Below, piece by piece: positions 1-15,419 of a DNA stretch of 64,000 nt; within the stretch, counting starts at the first letter, position 1; every line of letters begins with the position of its first letter. The translations under genes and the position numbers were made by a program. The notes beneath the pieces are model-generated. The model did not search any database, had not been told where the DNA came from, and saw nothing but the letters and a program-made list of their open reading frames with translations. Source of the DNA: the human T2T-CHM13v2.0 reference genome, Homo sapiens; assembly GCF_009914755.1 (NCBI RefSeq), contig NC_060928.1. One strand, 5' to 3'.

Positions 1-61
1 TAAACTACTATAAATTTAAATTCTGTAAATCCAAATCACTCTGCTCTCAGCATTGTAATCT

Positions 62-467
62 TGAGGCAGGAGAACAGGGTCTGGAGGCAGGGAACATAAG
101 GCCGATTCATGCTGACTTCCTAGAACTAAATCAAATGGAAACACTCCAGCTATGACAGGAAATATCCTCTCCATTTACATATGGTGTACACTGAGTAAAC
201 GACTCTGTAACTTTAATTCATCCTCTTCATTTACATAGGGCGTACACCAAGTAACCAGTGGAAACCTCTAGGGGGTATTTAAACCCCAGAAAATTCTGTA
301 ATTGGCTCTTGAGCCCCTGTGCTTGGGCCCACTCCCACCCTGTAAAGCGTACTTTCATTTTCAATAAATCTCTGCTTTTGTTGCTTCATTCTTTCCTGGC
401 TTTGTTGGTGAGTTTTGTCCAATTCTTTGTTCAAGATGCCAAGAACCAGGACTCTCCAGTGGTAACA
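62..467 (+). mobile_element. Solo ERV1 LTR, MER51-like
   Basis: TGAGGCAGGAGAACAGGGTCTGGAGGCAGGGAAC...GGTAACA; internal AATAAA; flanks ATCT/ATTT. Confidence 0.8.
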
Positions 468-532
468 ATTTGAAGTGTAATGCTCCCTTCAAAGTATAAA
501 AATATATAACATGGCTGGCATGTGATACTTAC

Positions 533-639
533 CAATATGGGATGAGGTAAGGAATCCCTTCGTGGCCGCACACTGAAGCCACTGTGACGATGTGGCCATG
601 ATTTCTCTCCATCATCGATGGAAGAAGTGCTTTTGTGAT
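533..639 (-). CDS. HSD17B13: HSD17B13 exon 4 (107 bp); gene continues beyond window start
   Basis: taag|ATCACAAAAGCA...CCATATTG|gtaagt; ITKALLPSMMERNHGHIVTVASVCGHEGIPYLIPY(C). Confidence 0.95.
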
Positions 640-1665
640 CTTAAGGATCATTGCAGAAAGAAGAAAGACAATGACATAGACGTTAGGTTTCCAAATCAGG
701 TAGTTTTATTTTTGTTAAGACAGAAAGGCATTTGAGAGAACTTATACAATGAAATAAAATACTTCCAAGCATTCCATGATTAATTCTTTACAAATGATAG
801 AAATAAAGATACAAATTTATTGGTATGGTAAGCCCCATGCCAACACTAATCTCAGTACTCCCCCTCCTTCCCTTCAGAAGGAATCAAATAGATCCTTTTT
901 TGGATATGTCATCTAAACAATATTAAGGGAAAAATTCAGAGTTTTCAGAACTAAAATTATTCCTTATGATAATTTGGTGTCATATAATTTTTTGGTTTGG
1001 GGCTTTATCATTCTAATTAAAAGAGTGAAATCTTGTGTAACTGTATTAAGACAGTTGAGTAGTGTAAGCTGAGAGTTCTACACCACACTAATGAATCATG
1101 ATTGAATTCACTATCTCCCTATTTGTAATATTGTATATTATATGTTGATGTTACAGAAAACAAGTCTTTCTTTTTTTCCAAAAACCTCTTTTGTGAGAAA
1201 CATCAATAAAATTTTATAAGAATTTAATAAATCCTATGCAAATTCATAGAACTAGAACTCCCAACCCAAGCTACCTCCAAATTCCCAACCCATAGAAACT
1301 GTGAGAGGATAGTGAACATACATTGTTGCTTTAAACCACTAAGTTTTGTATAATTTGTTATGCAGCTATAGGTAGCTAATGTATGAGGTCTCCGTGTAGT
1401 TTGGTGGGCATGGGAGCCAATTCACATATGTGAAGAGCTGGTAAAGGTAAGGGGGACACATCTCTTTTTTTTCTTCTTTCTTCTAGAATCCAGATCTGCC
1501 CTAGATTCTACACTAATATTGAGGCACTGGAAGATTAATCATAAAAATTTCTATACAAAGGCAGTTGAAGTTGATATTTCCATCTCCCACAAAACTAACC
1601 AATTATATGAGGTCTGTATAGCTGCATTTCTCAGTTCCAGCACCCCATGGATCTAGAACACTTGC

Positions 1666-1737
1666 CTCAGAGTCTCGTCCAAAAGTGTCCTCGATCCTAT
1701 ATACATCCAAGTAATTACTTCTGATGTCCTTTCCATT
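1666..1737 (-). CDS. HSD17B13: HSD17B13 putative alternative in-frame cassette exon (72 bp, 24 aa) with GC donor
   Basis: ttttag|AATGGAAAG...GACTCTGAG|gcaagt; open phase-0 frame NGKDIRSNYLDVYRIEDTFGRDSE; fits my recollection of minor isoforms with an extra exon between exons 3 and 4. Confidence 0.7.
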
Positions 1738-2131
1738 CTAAAATTCCACAAAATGAGGACACATTACAAAATCATGGTGTGGAGGGAAAAAAATGAAGTC
1801 ACAAGTGACAGCATTGAAAAGATGTACACTGACAACCCTTAACAAACCTCCACAAACATTTGTTGAGCTCCTGGTACATGCCAAGCTTTGTGTCAGATAC
1901 TGGTGGACAAGACAGACCAAGTAGCTTACATTCTGGTGTGTTGTGTCCACTTGAATTCTGTGTCCTTGTGTCAGAGACTCTGTGGCTCTTCTACTCAAAC
2001 AAATTTAATGATTCTTGATTAAGGCAAAGATCTGGCCAGTTTCCTGTCCAGAAGTATGTGAACTCCGTTATAAGTTTCATGTATCTTAAGAGAAGGTGCA
2101 CAAATCAGAAATGTTTCTGACTCACACTCAC

Positions 2132-2263
2132 CCAAAAATGTCCTAGGATGTTGACCTCAAATGTCTTGGTAATCTCTTCATCCTTGGTGCTGAGAAGATC
2201 GGCTGGATATACTGTCCCAGCATTATTCACCACGATTGTTACATCACCCACTTCTTTCTTCAC
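2132..2263 (-). CDS. HSD17B13: HSD17B13 exon 3 (132 bp), SDR NNAG motif
   Basis: aaaag|GTGAAG...TTTTGG|gtgagt; VKKEVGDVTIVVNNAGTVYPADLLSTKDEEITKTFEVNILGHFW. Confidence 0.96.
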
Positions 2264-2458
2264 CTTTTGAAATTGAAAGAACACTTTCACTGGGTGTATT
2301 ATTCAAACTCAAAGTTTTGGGACCAATATAATCCAAAGATGAGAGTCTTTCTTCTATTGTATGAGGTCTCTCAGAGTTCAGGCAAGACAGACTGTTGAGC
2401 TCAAATCGTGGAGGCCAAGGGAACACTGTCATAAAGGTGGGATAAACTGTTCTTTTAA

Positions 2459-2794
<336 letters not shown>

Positions 2795-3368
2795 TGACCT
2801 GGGTCTGGCTTAACCTCTCTGAGTCATAATTTGCTTATCTGTAAAATGAAGTTTACAGAGTTATTGTAGGGATTGAATTAAAAAATGTAAAGTTTGTTAG
2901 AGTGCTTAGTTCATTGTGATTATTTGGTATTTACTCTTTTAAAATAATTGTGATAATAATTATTAATATTACATTTTCTACAGAAGACTACATTAACACC
3001 AAAATAAAATCTCACAAGGGAAATAATTAAAGAGAAGCTGGAATTACTGCAAAGTTAATAGGACTAAAACAAAACTAGGAAGTGATCCATATTCCCTGAT
3101 GATAAATCTTTTGTCAGTCACTCTGTGCCACTGCTCACACTTCTGATCAGAATGAAATTGATTAATAATATGAACAATAATAATGGGCAGAGCTGAGTGG
3201 ATTACATACAAGAAAAAAAGTATATATCCTTCCTTGGTGACATAACTACTTCAGTTAGCAGCTAAAATCCAATTTAAATCAGGCAGTCATAAAGACCTTT
3301 CTCATTTTCCACGTCAGCGTCCTAGGAAACAAAATAATCTGAAGAAATTTGTGAACCTGCAGTCTCAC

Positions 3369-3476
3369 CTGATTTAGAGAGCGATAGATCTCTTCTCTGT
3401 TGCTGCAGTCTACCACATACGCATGCGCAGTGACGCCTAGTTTTCGGCACTCAGCTGCAGTTTCCTCCACACCGCG
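3369..3476 (-). CDS. HSD17B13: HSD17B13 exon 2 (108 bp)
   Basis: acag|CGCGGTGTG...AATCAG|gtgaga; RGVEETAAECRKLGVTAHAYVVDCSNREEIYRSLNQ. Confidence 0.96.
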
Positions 3477-3557
3477 CTGTAATTAGGAAGAAACAAATTC
3501 CGAAAAAAGTGGAGGAGAAGACATTGGAGAAGAAAAATTTTTAGACAATTAACATTC

Positions 3558-3864
<307 letters not shown>

Positions 3865-3938
3865 TCATGTCCAAAATGAACAATTAACATTCATTTTGGA
3901 CATGAAGATTAGTTAACCTTTTAAAAATTGGCCTCCTG

Positions 3939-4322
<384 letters not shown>

Positions 4323-5403
4323 TCATATTAAAACCAAAACAAACAAAACAAAACAAAATCCCTTCATGCTTTTTTCAGCTTTTCCTCTTGGTTGGAGGCT
4401 GTACAGTAGGCAGTTTCTCTAAAGCAGGCTACTTTCAAACCTTGAAGAACATTCTTGAAAAACATTGCTCTTCGTGGTGTCATGGAAGATGAATATGGAG
4501 AAGAAAGAAAAACTCAACCATTAATTTATCATACATTTGTTGAGCACCAACTATGTAATAGGCAGTAAAGTGCTAAGTAGTAATTCTAAACTAGTGGTAA
4601 TGGTAAACTGTATGCCTCTGCCCATCATATTTTTCTTGATGATTCTGACTCATCCTCCTAGGAGGGAAGGGAAAGAAGTCTCCTTAAAGAAGAAGGACTT
4701 TCATAGGGAGACCATGCTGCTACTCTAGGAGATATAACATTACATTCTTCAGGTGTTTGGGAGTGAGATGGGCAAGGCCACTGGATGGATTTCTCATTTA
4801 TGTACCAAACTTGCCCATAACCATAGGACATGGAGACAGAGCAATTTACTTTCAGCCTAAATTCAAAGACCTCTTTCCTAAGATAAAATTGCTCTAATGT
4901 TTCTTGACTCACATTCTGGAAAATTATAATTCTTTTCAAGTTTTCACCTCAGGTGACTTTTATAGAAAATATTATAAGGTTTTAAAAATTATACTTTTCC
5001 GTCTCACAATCTGTAAACTCTTCTCTGTGACAAAGAGGCAAGGATACCTGAAAAGCCCTATTCTTCGTGTATTGAGATGACAGTGGTGTTGCTGCTATTT
5101 AGGGCAAACCTTGAATGAGTGGTCTCTGGGTCCTTTGTATTTCGCTACTGTAGGCTAAACCCTGGAGCAGCAGCCTGAACTCCCCAAACATGGATGTTAG
5201 GACCCAGTCTCAAAGTCAGTATCCCCTCAAATAGCCTTTTGTGGGATTGCAGAAGAGTAAAAAAAGAATAGGAGAGTCTTTCACTGATTTAGTTGGTAGC
5301 TTGCTCACTGCCAGATTGCACAAACCACACCATACTCTCTCATTTGTTTCTAGGTCAGTAGAGAGCATAAGTTACCAGAGCATTCATCAGATGTTTTGAT
5401 TGA

Positions 5404-5726
<323 letters not shown>

Positions 5727-6071
5727 TATTCTTCTGTTTTATAACTGAGCTAGACAATTGCAAAATGTGATGCCTTGTCTTTTTGTTAGCAAAACACTTG
5801 CTTTAGCTTAAACTCCAATGTGTTTTTTGAACCGTATTCCCAACGCAACAGTTTAGATTGCATAAGAGCCAAACTGCTACTGTGTCTCTCATCTCACAGG
5901 GCAAAAGGAGCCAGTTATGATGAAAACTCAGCCAGCATCTTCCTCGCCTAAAGGAGATCTGAGTTACATTACAGCCTTAGAGTGAATCATTCAGTAGCTT
6001 AAATGTTTAACCATGAAATTTAATGATTCAAAGAGAATTTTTGAGGTTGGGTTACCTATTTTTCTTAAGTC

Positions 6072-6369
6072 TTTTTTTATTTTTTTTGAGACAGAGCCTG
6101 GCTCTATTGCCCAGCTTGGAGTGCAATGATGCCATCATAGCTCATTGCAGCCTTGGCTTCCTGAACTGAAACGATCCTCCCACCTCAGCCTCCCGAGTAG
6201 CTGGGACTACGGGTGTGCACCCCCGCACCCAGCTAATTTTTGTATTTTTTGTAGAGTTGGGGGTTTTGCTGTGCTGCCCAGGCTGGTCTTGAACTCCTGG
6301 GCTCCAGCAATCTGCCCACCTCCGTCTCCCAAAGTGCTGGGATTACAGGTGTGAGCCACTGCACCCGCC
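6072..6369 (-). mobile_element. AluJ
   Basis: Diverged dimeric Alu. Confidence 0.85.
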
Positions 6370-7671
6370 CTTAAGTCATTTTTAATACGACTTCCTTCTA
6401 ATTTACTTTTCTCTTGTCTCTGGAAATTTTAAAATTTAAAAAAAACTTAATAAATATAGCCCTTTCCCCAAAAATACACATCTGGAAAGAGATTTGAAGG
6501 TTAGATTTCATCAAGCCCTTTTCATAGATTTATACTTATTTATATTTTTGGACAAATGCCTGAGAACAGCAGGCAACAATTTTCTCTATTTGTAAATTCT
6601 TGCTATCTTCCAGAAAGTTCATTCGAATTTCTTCAAAGACCAAAAAGATGGCAAATCATTTTTATATACATCAACTCCTCTATTATATAAATGCTCATAT
6701 CTGTTAAATAAAAATGTAGTAGCTTTTTTGTATAGTATTCTTCACTATTCAGAAAAAAAACAGAAAAGAATTAGTTCTCTAAGTGTAAGAGACATTTTAG
6801 GTTTCAACTAAACATGACAGCAAAGAACATGAGAAAGTAATAATATAATGGTAATTAAAACCACTGTAATTTGCAGAAAATGTGATTCTCAAGGAGTACT
6901 TCACAATTTTTCCAATCCTAAAATCCTGTAAACACTTCTCTGCATATATTTTCATGGCCTTACCAGAATTTACAAGTTTAGAGAAAATGATACAAGATTT
7001 CAGTTCCTTCAGTTTTATTTGGGGTTGTTAATGTAGTGTTTACAAGTAAGAACACAGGAAAAATACTAATGTCCAAGGAAAAGCCTGACTCACTGCGCAC
7101 ATATTTTATTTAACACAGTTATTGTTTATCATGTGCCACGTATCGTTTATCATATGCTAAGTGCTGAAAATATTACTTATTTAATCCTTTTGACTACGGA
7201 CTGGCAAACATTTTCTGTAAAGGGTCAGACAGTAAATATTTTAGAACTGTGTTGCTTGTGCATGAGGGGAGGCACTAAAGGTTTCTGTTGCAAGTTCTTC
7301 GTTTGACTTTTGTTTGTAGCTGTAATTTTCAGATCCCGTTCTTGCCCATCCCCTAAGTTATTATCCCCACTTCAGAGCCAAGAAAACAGGCTGAGAGATA
7401 ATATGTGACTTGCCTCATTTAGCAGCTTGGAAGGAGACTGGCTCCTGAGTCTTTCTATCAACCTGCACACCATGTCATAAAAATCGCTGCTTAGTTCTTA
7501 ATTACATTCCCTTCATCTAACTAACCTGACACATATACAGACTAAGGGACCAGGGAATTTATCAAACTTTGAAAAACAAAAATACAAAGATAAGTAGATG
7601 GTAAGTCAAATAATTCTTAAAATACATATCTTACTCTGTGACTTTAAAAAGTTGGAAGATGTATACATTAC

Positions 7672-7881
7672 CTTATTAATATCCCACAGAACCAATATGC
7701 TCTGTCGTTTTGCAAATTCATAAGTAGTCTGCCTGCCTATTCCATGCCCAGCTCCAGTAATGAGAACAATCTCCCCAGCCACAGATTTTCTCCTCTGAGG
7801 AATGAAAAACTTCACCAACGACTCCAAGTAGGAGTAGATGATGGTGATCAGAAGCAGAAGGATTTCTAGGATGATGTTCAT
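7672..7881 (-). CDS. HSD17B13: HSD17B13 coding exon 1 (210 bp): hydrophobic lipid-droplet-targeting N-terminus and Rossmann TGxxxGxG motif
   Basis: Translation MNIILEILLLLITIIYSYLESLVKFFIPQRRKSVAGEIVLITGAGHGIGRQTTYEFAKRQSILVLWDINK; donor AAG|GTAATG at 7671. Confidence 0.97.
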
Positions 7882-8180
7882 GGCTTTGCTCTGTCCTCTT
7901 CCTTCTGGTTCAGTCCTTGTGTAGTCCTAGGGAGGAGGTACTGTCTACACAGAGCTCTAGGGAAGGGGTGTGCCCAGTTGTTAATGGGACTACCAGATGG
8001 AAGCCAGCTTTGGAAGCAGGCCTTGTTCACGTGTTCTAATGGGTTTGAAACACCTCAAATATGAAGTGATGCCAAGTGATGCCAAGAGCACAAGAGAGTG
8101 TGCTCTCTGGACTTGTTTATCTGAAAAGCAGTTATGTACTATATTTCACCTTGAAGTTTCACCTCTAGAAACAATTCTAG
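7882..8180 (-). promoter_or_regulatory. HSD17B13: HSD17B13 5'UTR and proximal promoter (non-CpG-island)
   Basis: Unique sequence upstream of the ATG up to the Alu at 8182; E-box CACGTG 8028-8033, tandem AAGTGATGCC x2 (TGCCAA) 8064-8086, FOX-like TGTTTAT 8114-8120; TSS not determinable from sequence. Confidence 0.6.
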
Positions 8181-8181
8181 G

Positions 8182-8490
8182 GGCCAGGTGCAGTGGCTCA
8201 CATCTGTAATCCCAGCACTTTGGGAGGCTGAGGCAGAGGATTGCTTGAGCCCAGGAGTTCGAGACCAGTCTGGGCAACATAGTAAGACCCTGTCTCAAAA
8301 AAAAAAAAAAAAACTATAGAAAAAAATTAGCTGGATATGGTGGCATGTGTCTGTAGTCCCAGCTACCCAGGAGGCTGAGGCAGGAGGATTGCTTCAGTCC
8401 ATGAGTTCGTGGTGCAGTGAGCTGTGATTGTGCCACTGCGCTCCAGCCTAAGCAACAGAACAAGGCCTGGTCTAAAAAAAAAAGAAAAAG
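8182..8490 (+). mobile_element. AluJ
   Basis: Diverged dimeric Alu. Confidence 0.85.
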
Positions 8491-8824
8491 AATTCTGGAG
8501 ATACTGCATCAGCTAATGATCTGTTGGTATCTTTCTGGAAATTGTTACCTTTTTTCAATATGAAAAAGGAGAATGTAGAGATAAGCTTAAAGAAACTTAG
8601 ATAAAGTCTGAATGAACCCAGCTTAGCTATTTGATTCATTTATTCACAAAAGCTCAGCATCAATATTTCAACTGGCTAATTATTTTACACATGATGACCA
8701 TTTCCCTGAAAATCTCTTGAGTTTGGGGGAGATTTTAGGATACAGAACCATCAGTTCCCTTTGTGATAATACTGGAAAGAGCATTAGACCAGGAGTCGGG
8801 AATCTCAACTTTAAAGTGGGGTGG

Positions 8825-9165
8825 CTTCTGTCTTTGTCTGCTGCTGTAACAAATTACCATTGACCAGGTGGTTTATAAATTCCAGAAACTTATTTCTCAC
8901 AAGAAGTCCAAGATCAAGGCGCTGGCATATTCTTTGTCTGGTAAGAGCTGGCTTCCTGGTTGATAGATGGCTGTCATTTCACTGTCACCTCAAGTGGCAG
9001 AAGGAGGAAGGAAACCCTCCGTGTTCTCTTGTATAAGGGCAATTATTCCCATGGCAGAGCTCTCATGACCTAATCACCTCCCAAAGGTCTCACTTCCTAA
9101 AACCATCACACTGGGAGATAGGATTTCATAATATGAATTTTGAAGGAACACATGCAGCCTATAGC
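8825..9165 (-). mobile_element. MaLR LTR (MLT1/MST-like)
   Basis: GCTGCTGTAACAAATTACCA...CTCATGACCTAATCACCTCCCAAAG motifs. Confidence 0.65.
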
Positions 9166-9610
9166 AACTTCCAATAGCCAAGAAGTGGGAACAACCCCAG
9201 TGTTCATCAACAGATAAACAAAATATGATATATACATGCAATGGAATATTACTCAGCCTTAGAAAGGAAGGAAATTCTGACACATACTACTAGATAGATG
9301 AACCTTAATGACATTATGCTAAGTGAAATAAGCCAGATGCAAAAGTATAAATATTGTATGACTCCATTTATATGAGGTACCTAGAGTAGTCAAATACACA
9401 GAGAGAGACAGAAAGCAGTAAGGTGGTTACTAGGGGATGAGGAGAAAAGGAATGGGGAATTATTGTTTAATGAGTATGGAGTTTCAGTTAGGATGATGAA
9501 AGCTCCGCAGGTGAATGGTGGTGATGGTTATACAACAATGTGAATGTGCTTAATGCTACTGATCTGTACATTACAAAATAGTTAAAATGGTAAATTGTAT
9601 GTTACGTGTG
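9166..9610 (+). mobile_element. L1MB-like 3' end fragment
   Basis: ACATTATGCTAAGTGAAATAAGCCAG...GGTAAATTGTATGTTA. Confidence 0.7.
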
Positions 9611-10095
9611 TGTGATTTCTAGCAATCCTATTTATTTTCTCTATGCTACAGTTTCCTTAACTAGAAAATAGATATTTTTTAAAAAAGCACACATTACCCA
9701 ACATAGACCTTCAGAGCACATAACAACCTCAACCTTCCCTCATATGCCAACACACAAAGTGGCTATAAGGATCAAATAAGAGAATATGTTTATGAAATAG
9801 TTTTGCAAGTAGTGAATGGTTATATAAATCAAATACTAATTATAGTAAGAATGCGAATGTGTTAATCACTATATATCATGGACTGATTTAAGGGCTTTAC
9901 ATATCAACTTGTTTAATCTTCACAACATACATTTGAAGTAGGTGCTATTAAAATCTGCATTGTACAGATGTGGAAACTGATGTATAGGCAAGTTAGGTAA
10001 CTTATTTGTAAGCATAAAGTAACAGCTGGCAAGAGGTGGAGTGAGGATTGAAACCCAGGAAGCCTGATGCTGTAGCCTCAACTTTTAACTTAGAT

Positions 10096-10316
10096 CAGTG
10101 GTTCTCAACTAGGATTACTTTTGTTCCACAGGGTACATTTTGGCATGTCTGGAGACATTCTTTGTTGCCACAATTTAGGCATGCCACTGTCATCTATCTA
10201 ATAGGTAGAGGCCAGGGAAGCTGCTGAACACTTTACAATTCATAGGAAAGCCTTGTGCATTGAAACCAAGAATTATTTAGCCCAAACGTGAGTACCCTCA
10301 ACTAAGGTTGAGACCT
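10096..10316 (+). mobile_element. MER20 (hAT-Charlie) DNA transposon
   Basis: CAGTGGTTCTCAAC...TGTCTGGAGACATT...GGTAGAGGCCAGGGA...GGTTGAGA. Confidence 0.7.
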
Positions 10317-10892
10317 GGCCTATACTTATATTATATTGGAGACAGTGTAATTGGTTCTTTCAGTTTGAACCTTGGATAAATTTATGGCAAAAAAATAGTA
10401 CTTGGTTATATCTTTCTGCATGCAGGTTTGCTGTGACATGTATATGGAGCTGTTAAATATTGACATAGGTGCTTTAGATCAGACCTCATGCTGGGCTGCA
10501 GTGCAGGAATCTGTTTTCAGATTGAATGTCTATATTTGAATATCCAGCTTGCTCAGAGGGGGCCAGACCAATGCTATCTAAATCAATACAGTACTGATGC
10601 AGTTTTGAAAGGCAGTTTTAAAATTTACAGTGGAATCTAGATTATTTTACCCACTGGATATTTGTATTATGCAAGAATTAAGAATCTTTGAGACAGTGAA
10701 CAACACTTCTTAACATTGTTCTCAAATAGTTTGGTTGCTGAGAAATTTTATTTCATATGAGACAACCTAGTGAGCTCTCTCTCTTTTTTTTTCTTTTTGC
10801 TTGTTTTCTATGGGACGGAATGTTCATGTTCCTCAATTACAGGGTTCATATTTGCCCCAACAATGCTAGAAACATACACTTTGTCCCTTGAT

Positions 10893-11215
<323 letters not shown>

Positions 11216-12495
11216 CCCCTTGATTTTTTTCCTTAAGTTTTAGAGACTTTTTGTTTGTATGTCTTTATGACATCACTGGCTTCATTTCAACAAATTTTCA
11301 TAACAAGTAAAAATGTTTAATTTGCTTTGATCACATTTTAGGTCAGTTTCCTACTGATATGAATGAAGGTACCTTAAATTTATCATTAATTTGTCTTTCA
11401 CTCACATTTTAGGATGAGATGCTTTCAGTAAAATTTTCTCAACTTAGCTAAAATCATCCATAGCATTTAGAATCTTATTAAAATAAGACATTTTCTAAAT
11501 TTTGGTCTGCTTTTTTTTTCCTTTCATTAATGTCCCTTTTGAGAGCCATCTGCCTACCGGTTTTAGAAATGTAATTATCTTTATTCAGTAAGAATAATTA
11601 TCTTTGTACAAAGGGTCAACACTAAGCCATCATTTCTCTGAAGATCATAAAATGAGGACGTTATGGAAATTATGCCCATTAATCTACTGTTTGTTTAGGC
11701 TAACTGTAGTAATCTGACACGTAGAGGTTTGGGAATATAATCTCTTCAAATACATACTCTTTTCTTTTCCTTCCTGGTGGGGTTCATTAGTTCATTGCCA
11801 AGGGTTCTATTCATGTATACTGGCAAACTGATAACACAGTATTAGGTATTCTTAAAAGACATATAAACCTCTCCTTGAGGTTCCAAAACCCCTATCCAAA
11901 TACACAAACCCCAAACTCATATTTCATGCAGAGCCTTGGCATGTTTTGGATTACAAAACCTTTTGCTTCATCACTCCATACCAATCCTCCTTGTAGTACC
12001 AAAGAGAGCATCCCGATCTCTATAGTCTGGTTCTCAATCTTTCTTTTATTTTCTCCTAATTCTTCTTCCTCTGTTTATTCCAAACTCTTCCTGCCTAAAA
12101 GTTGTCTCTTTTGCTTTCAAATATTTTCAGATCTCTCCCATTATAAAAATATTCAACAAAATCATCCTGTCTTCCATATTTTACTGTCAAATTAGTCTAC
12201 AGTGATTACCTCTGTTTTCTGGCTTCCCCTTTCCTTAAGAAAACAGAAATCTCTTGTCCTTTTACCTCTTTTACTCTCTACCTGGTGCAAAGTGCTATGA
12301 CAGCTGCATATAAGGAGCAACAGGAGTTCACAGGAAGGGCAAATTACCCAGCCCTGAGAATGGAAGTGGGAGTTGAGCTATAAATGGGGCCCTGAGGATG
12401 ACAGGAGTAAGCCAGTGATGAAGGAGATAAGAGTGTTCCATATACAGAAAACCAGGTATGCCAACACTAGGAGGTGAGGAATCATGGTGAGGTCA

Positions 12496-12825
<330 letters not shown>

Positions 12826-13045
12826 GAAGTTCTGTCTTGGAAGCAGGGTGTGGGGTAGAGAGAAGTTAGATAACTTAGCAGAGGCTCAATCACTCAGAGC
12901 ATAGGATCAGTAAGGGCTAGTGAAAGGTGTTGAACAGGGAACCCATACCATCAGATGCACACCCCAGAAATGCTGCAGTTTGGAGAATGCATTGAAGGGA
13001 GGACAAGAATAGATGGAGGGAGACCAGTTAGGAAGCTTTTCATTA

Positions 13046-13342
<297 letters not shown>

Positions 13343-13769
13343 ATCATCATCATCATCCTGTAGCCCAGAAGTCACAGTGCCCTGAATGAGGGTGGTGGCA
13401 AATGAGACATTAAGGAAACAGAATAATACGATATATAGGCCTTTATTTATTAAATATATAGAAAACACTTGGTTTGTTTCAGAGACTATTCCAGGTATTG
13501 GGGTAATACCAGTGAACAAAATAGATGAAAGCAAATCTGTTCCCTTGGGAAACTAACACTCTAGGGGCAATGTAGACAATAAAGAAGATAAATAAACAAA
13601 ATGTATAGAATGCTCTACAGTGATAAATGCCAAGGAAAAAAATAGAGAATAGAGGGAGAAATGGAATCTTGTAGGGTATGGCTGTGTGGGGTAGGGTTGC
13701 AGTTTTACGTATAGAGTAAGAAGACCTCAAAAGAAAGACCTAAGCAAACAGACTTAAAAGAAAGAAGGG

Positions 13770-14061
<292 letters not shown>

Positions 14062-14204
14062 CTATGTAGATATCTGGAGGAAGAGCATCTGGAGAGAGTG
14101 AACAGTAATATACTAAGGCCTTGAAGTAGAAACATGCCTGGTGGGTTGAGGGAGCATCAAGGGGACCTATGTAGCTGGAGAGAATTGAATGAGGGTGAGG
14201 ATAG

Positions 14205-14653
14205 TGCGACAGTTAGTTTCATGGGTCAACATGACTAGGCTATAGTCCCCAGTTATCCAATCAAACACTAATCTAGGTGTTGTTGTGAAGGTATTGTACA
14301 TGCGGTTAACATCTATATTCAGTAGTATTTAAGTAAAGGAAATTATTCTTTATAATGTGGATGGGCCTTAACCAATTAGTTGGAAGGTTGTGAAAGCAAA
14401 ACTGAGGTTTCCCTGAGTCAAAAGAGGTTCTGCTTCAACATTGCACCATCAGTTCCCACCTAAGAGTTTACAGCTTTCTAGGCTACCCTACAGATCTCAG
14501 ACCTGCTAGCCTCCCACAATCACTTAAGCCAATTCCTCAATTTCTTGAAATACATCTCTCTCTCTCCGTGTATGTGTGTGTGTGCTGTGTGTATATATAA
14601 ATGTACGCATACACAATCTCCTACTGTTTCTCTGGAGAACCCTGATTTATACA
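14205..14653 (+). mobile_element. MLT2-type (ERVL) solo LTR
   Basis: GTCAACATGACTAGGCTA...CAAACACTAATCTAGGTGTTG...TCTCTGGAGAACCCTGA; flanks GATAG/GGTAG. Confidence 0.75.
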
Positions 14654-15115
14654 GGTAGTAAGGTAGTGGGGTAATTGTAGGGACAAAAGGCTGGATTACA
14701 TATCGCCTTGTAAAGTCATGGTAAGTACTTTAGCTTTAAGTTTTAGATGAGAAATTAATGGAGGATTTTGAGCCTGAAGCATGACACAATCTCAGATATC
14801 TTTTTTTAACTTTTATTTTTAGGTTCAGGAGTACATGTGCAGGTTTGTTATACAGGTAAATTGCATGTCTTGGGGGTTTGGTACACAGATTATTTTGCCA
14901 CCCAGGTAATAAGCATAATACCCAATAGGTAGTTTTTCGATCCTCACCCTCCTACCACCCTCCACCCTCAAGTAGGCCCCTGTGTCTGTTTTTCCCTTCT
15001 TTATGTCTATACGTACTTGATGTTTAGCTCCTACATATAAGTGAGAACATGTGGTATTTGGTTTTCTGTTCCTGTGTTAGTTTGCTTAGGCTAATGGCCT
15101 CCAGCTCCATCCATG

Positions 15116-15419
15116 GTTTTGTTTTTTTTTGTTGTTTTGAGATGGAGTCTCCCTCTGTTGCTCAAGCTGTCTAAGTGCAGTGGCTTGATCTTGGATCACT
15201 GCACTCCGCCTCCTGGGATCAAGCGATTCTCCTGCCTCAGTTTCTCGAGTAGCTGGGATTACAGGTGCTCGCCACCATGCCTGGATAATTTTTGTACTTT
15301 TAGTAGAGATGCGGTTTCACCATGTTGACCAGGCTCGTCTCGAACTCCTGACCTTGTGATTTGCCTGCCTCAGCCTCCCAAAGTGCTGGGATTACAGGTG
15401 TGAGCCACCGTGCCTGTCC
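15116..15419 (-). mobile_element. AluS at a deletion junction within the old L1
   Basis: Dimeric Alu with no clear TSD. Confidence 0.85.

Noticed and set aside
1-533. HSD17B13 protective variants such as the exon 6 splice insertion
   Set aside because: Exons 5-7 lie outside the window, so they cannot be assessed.
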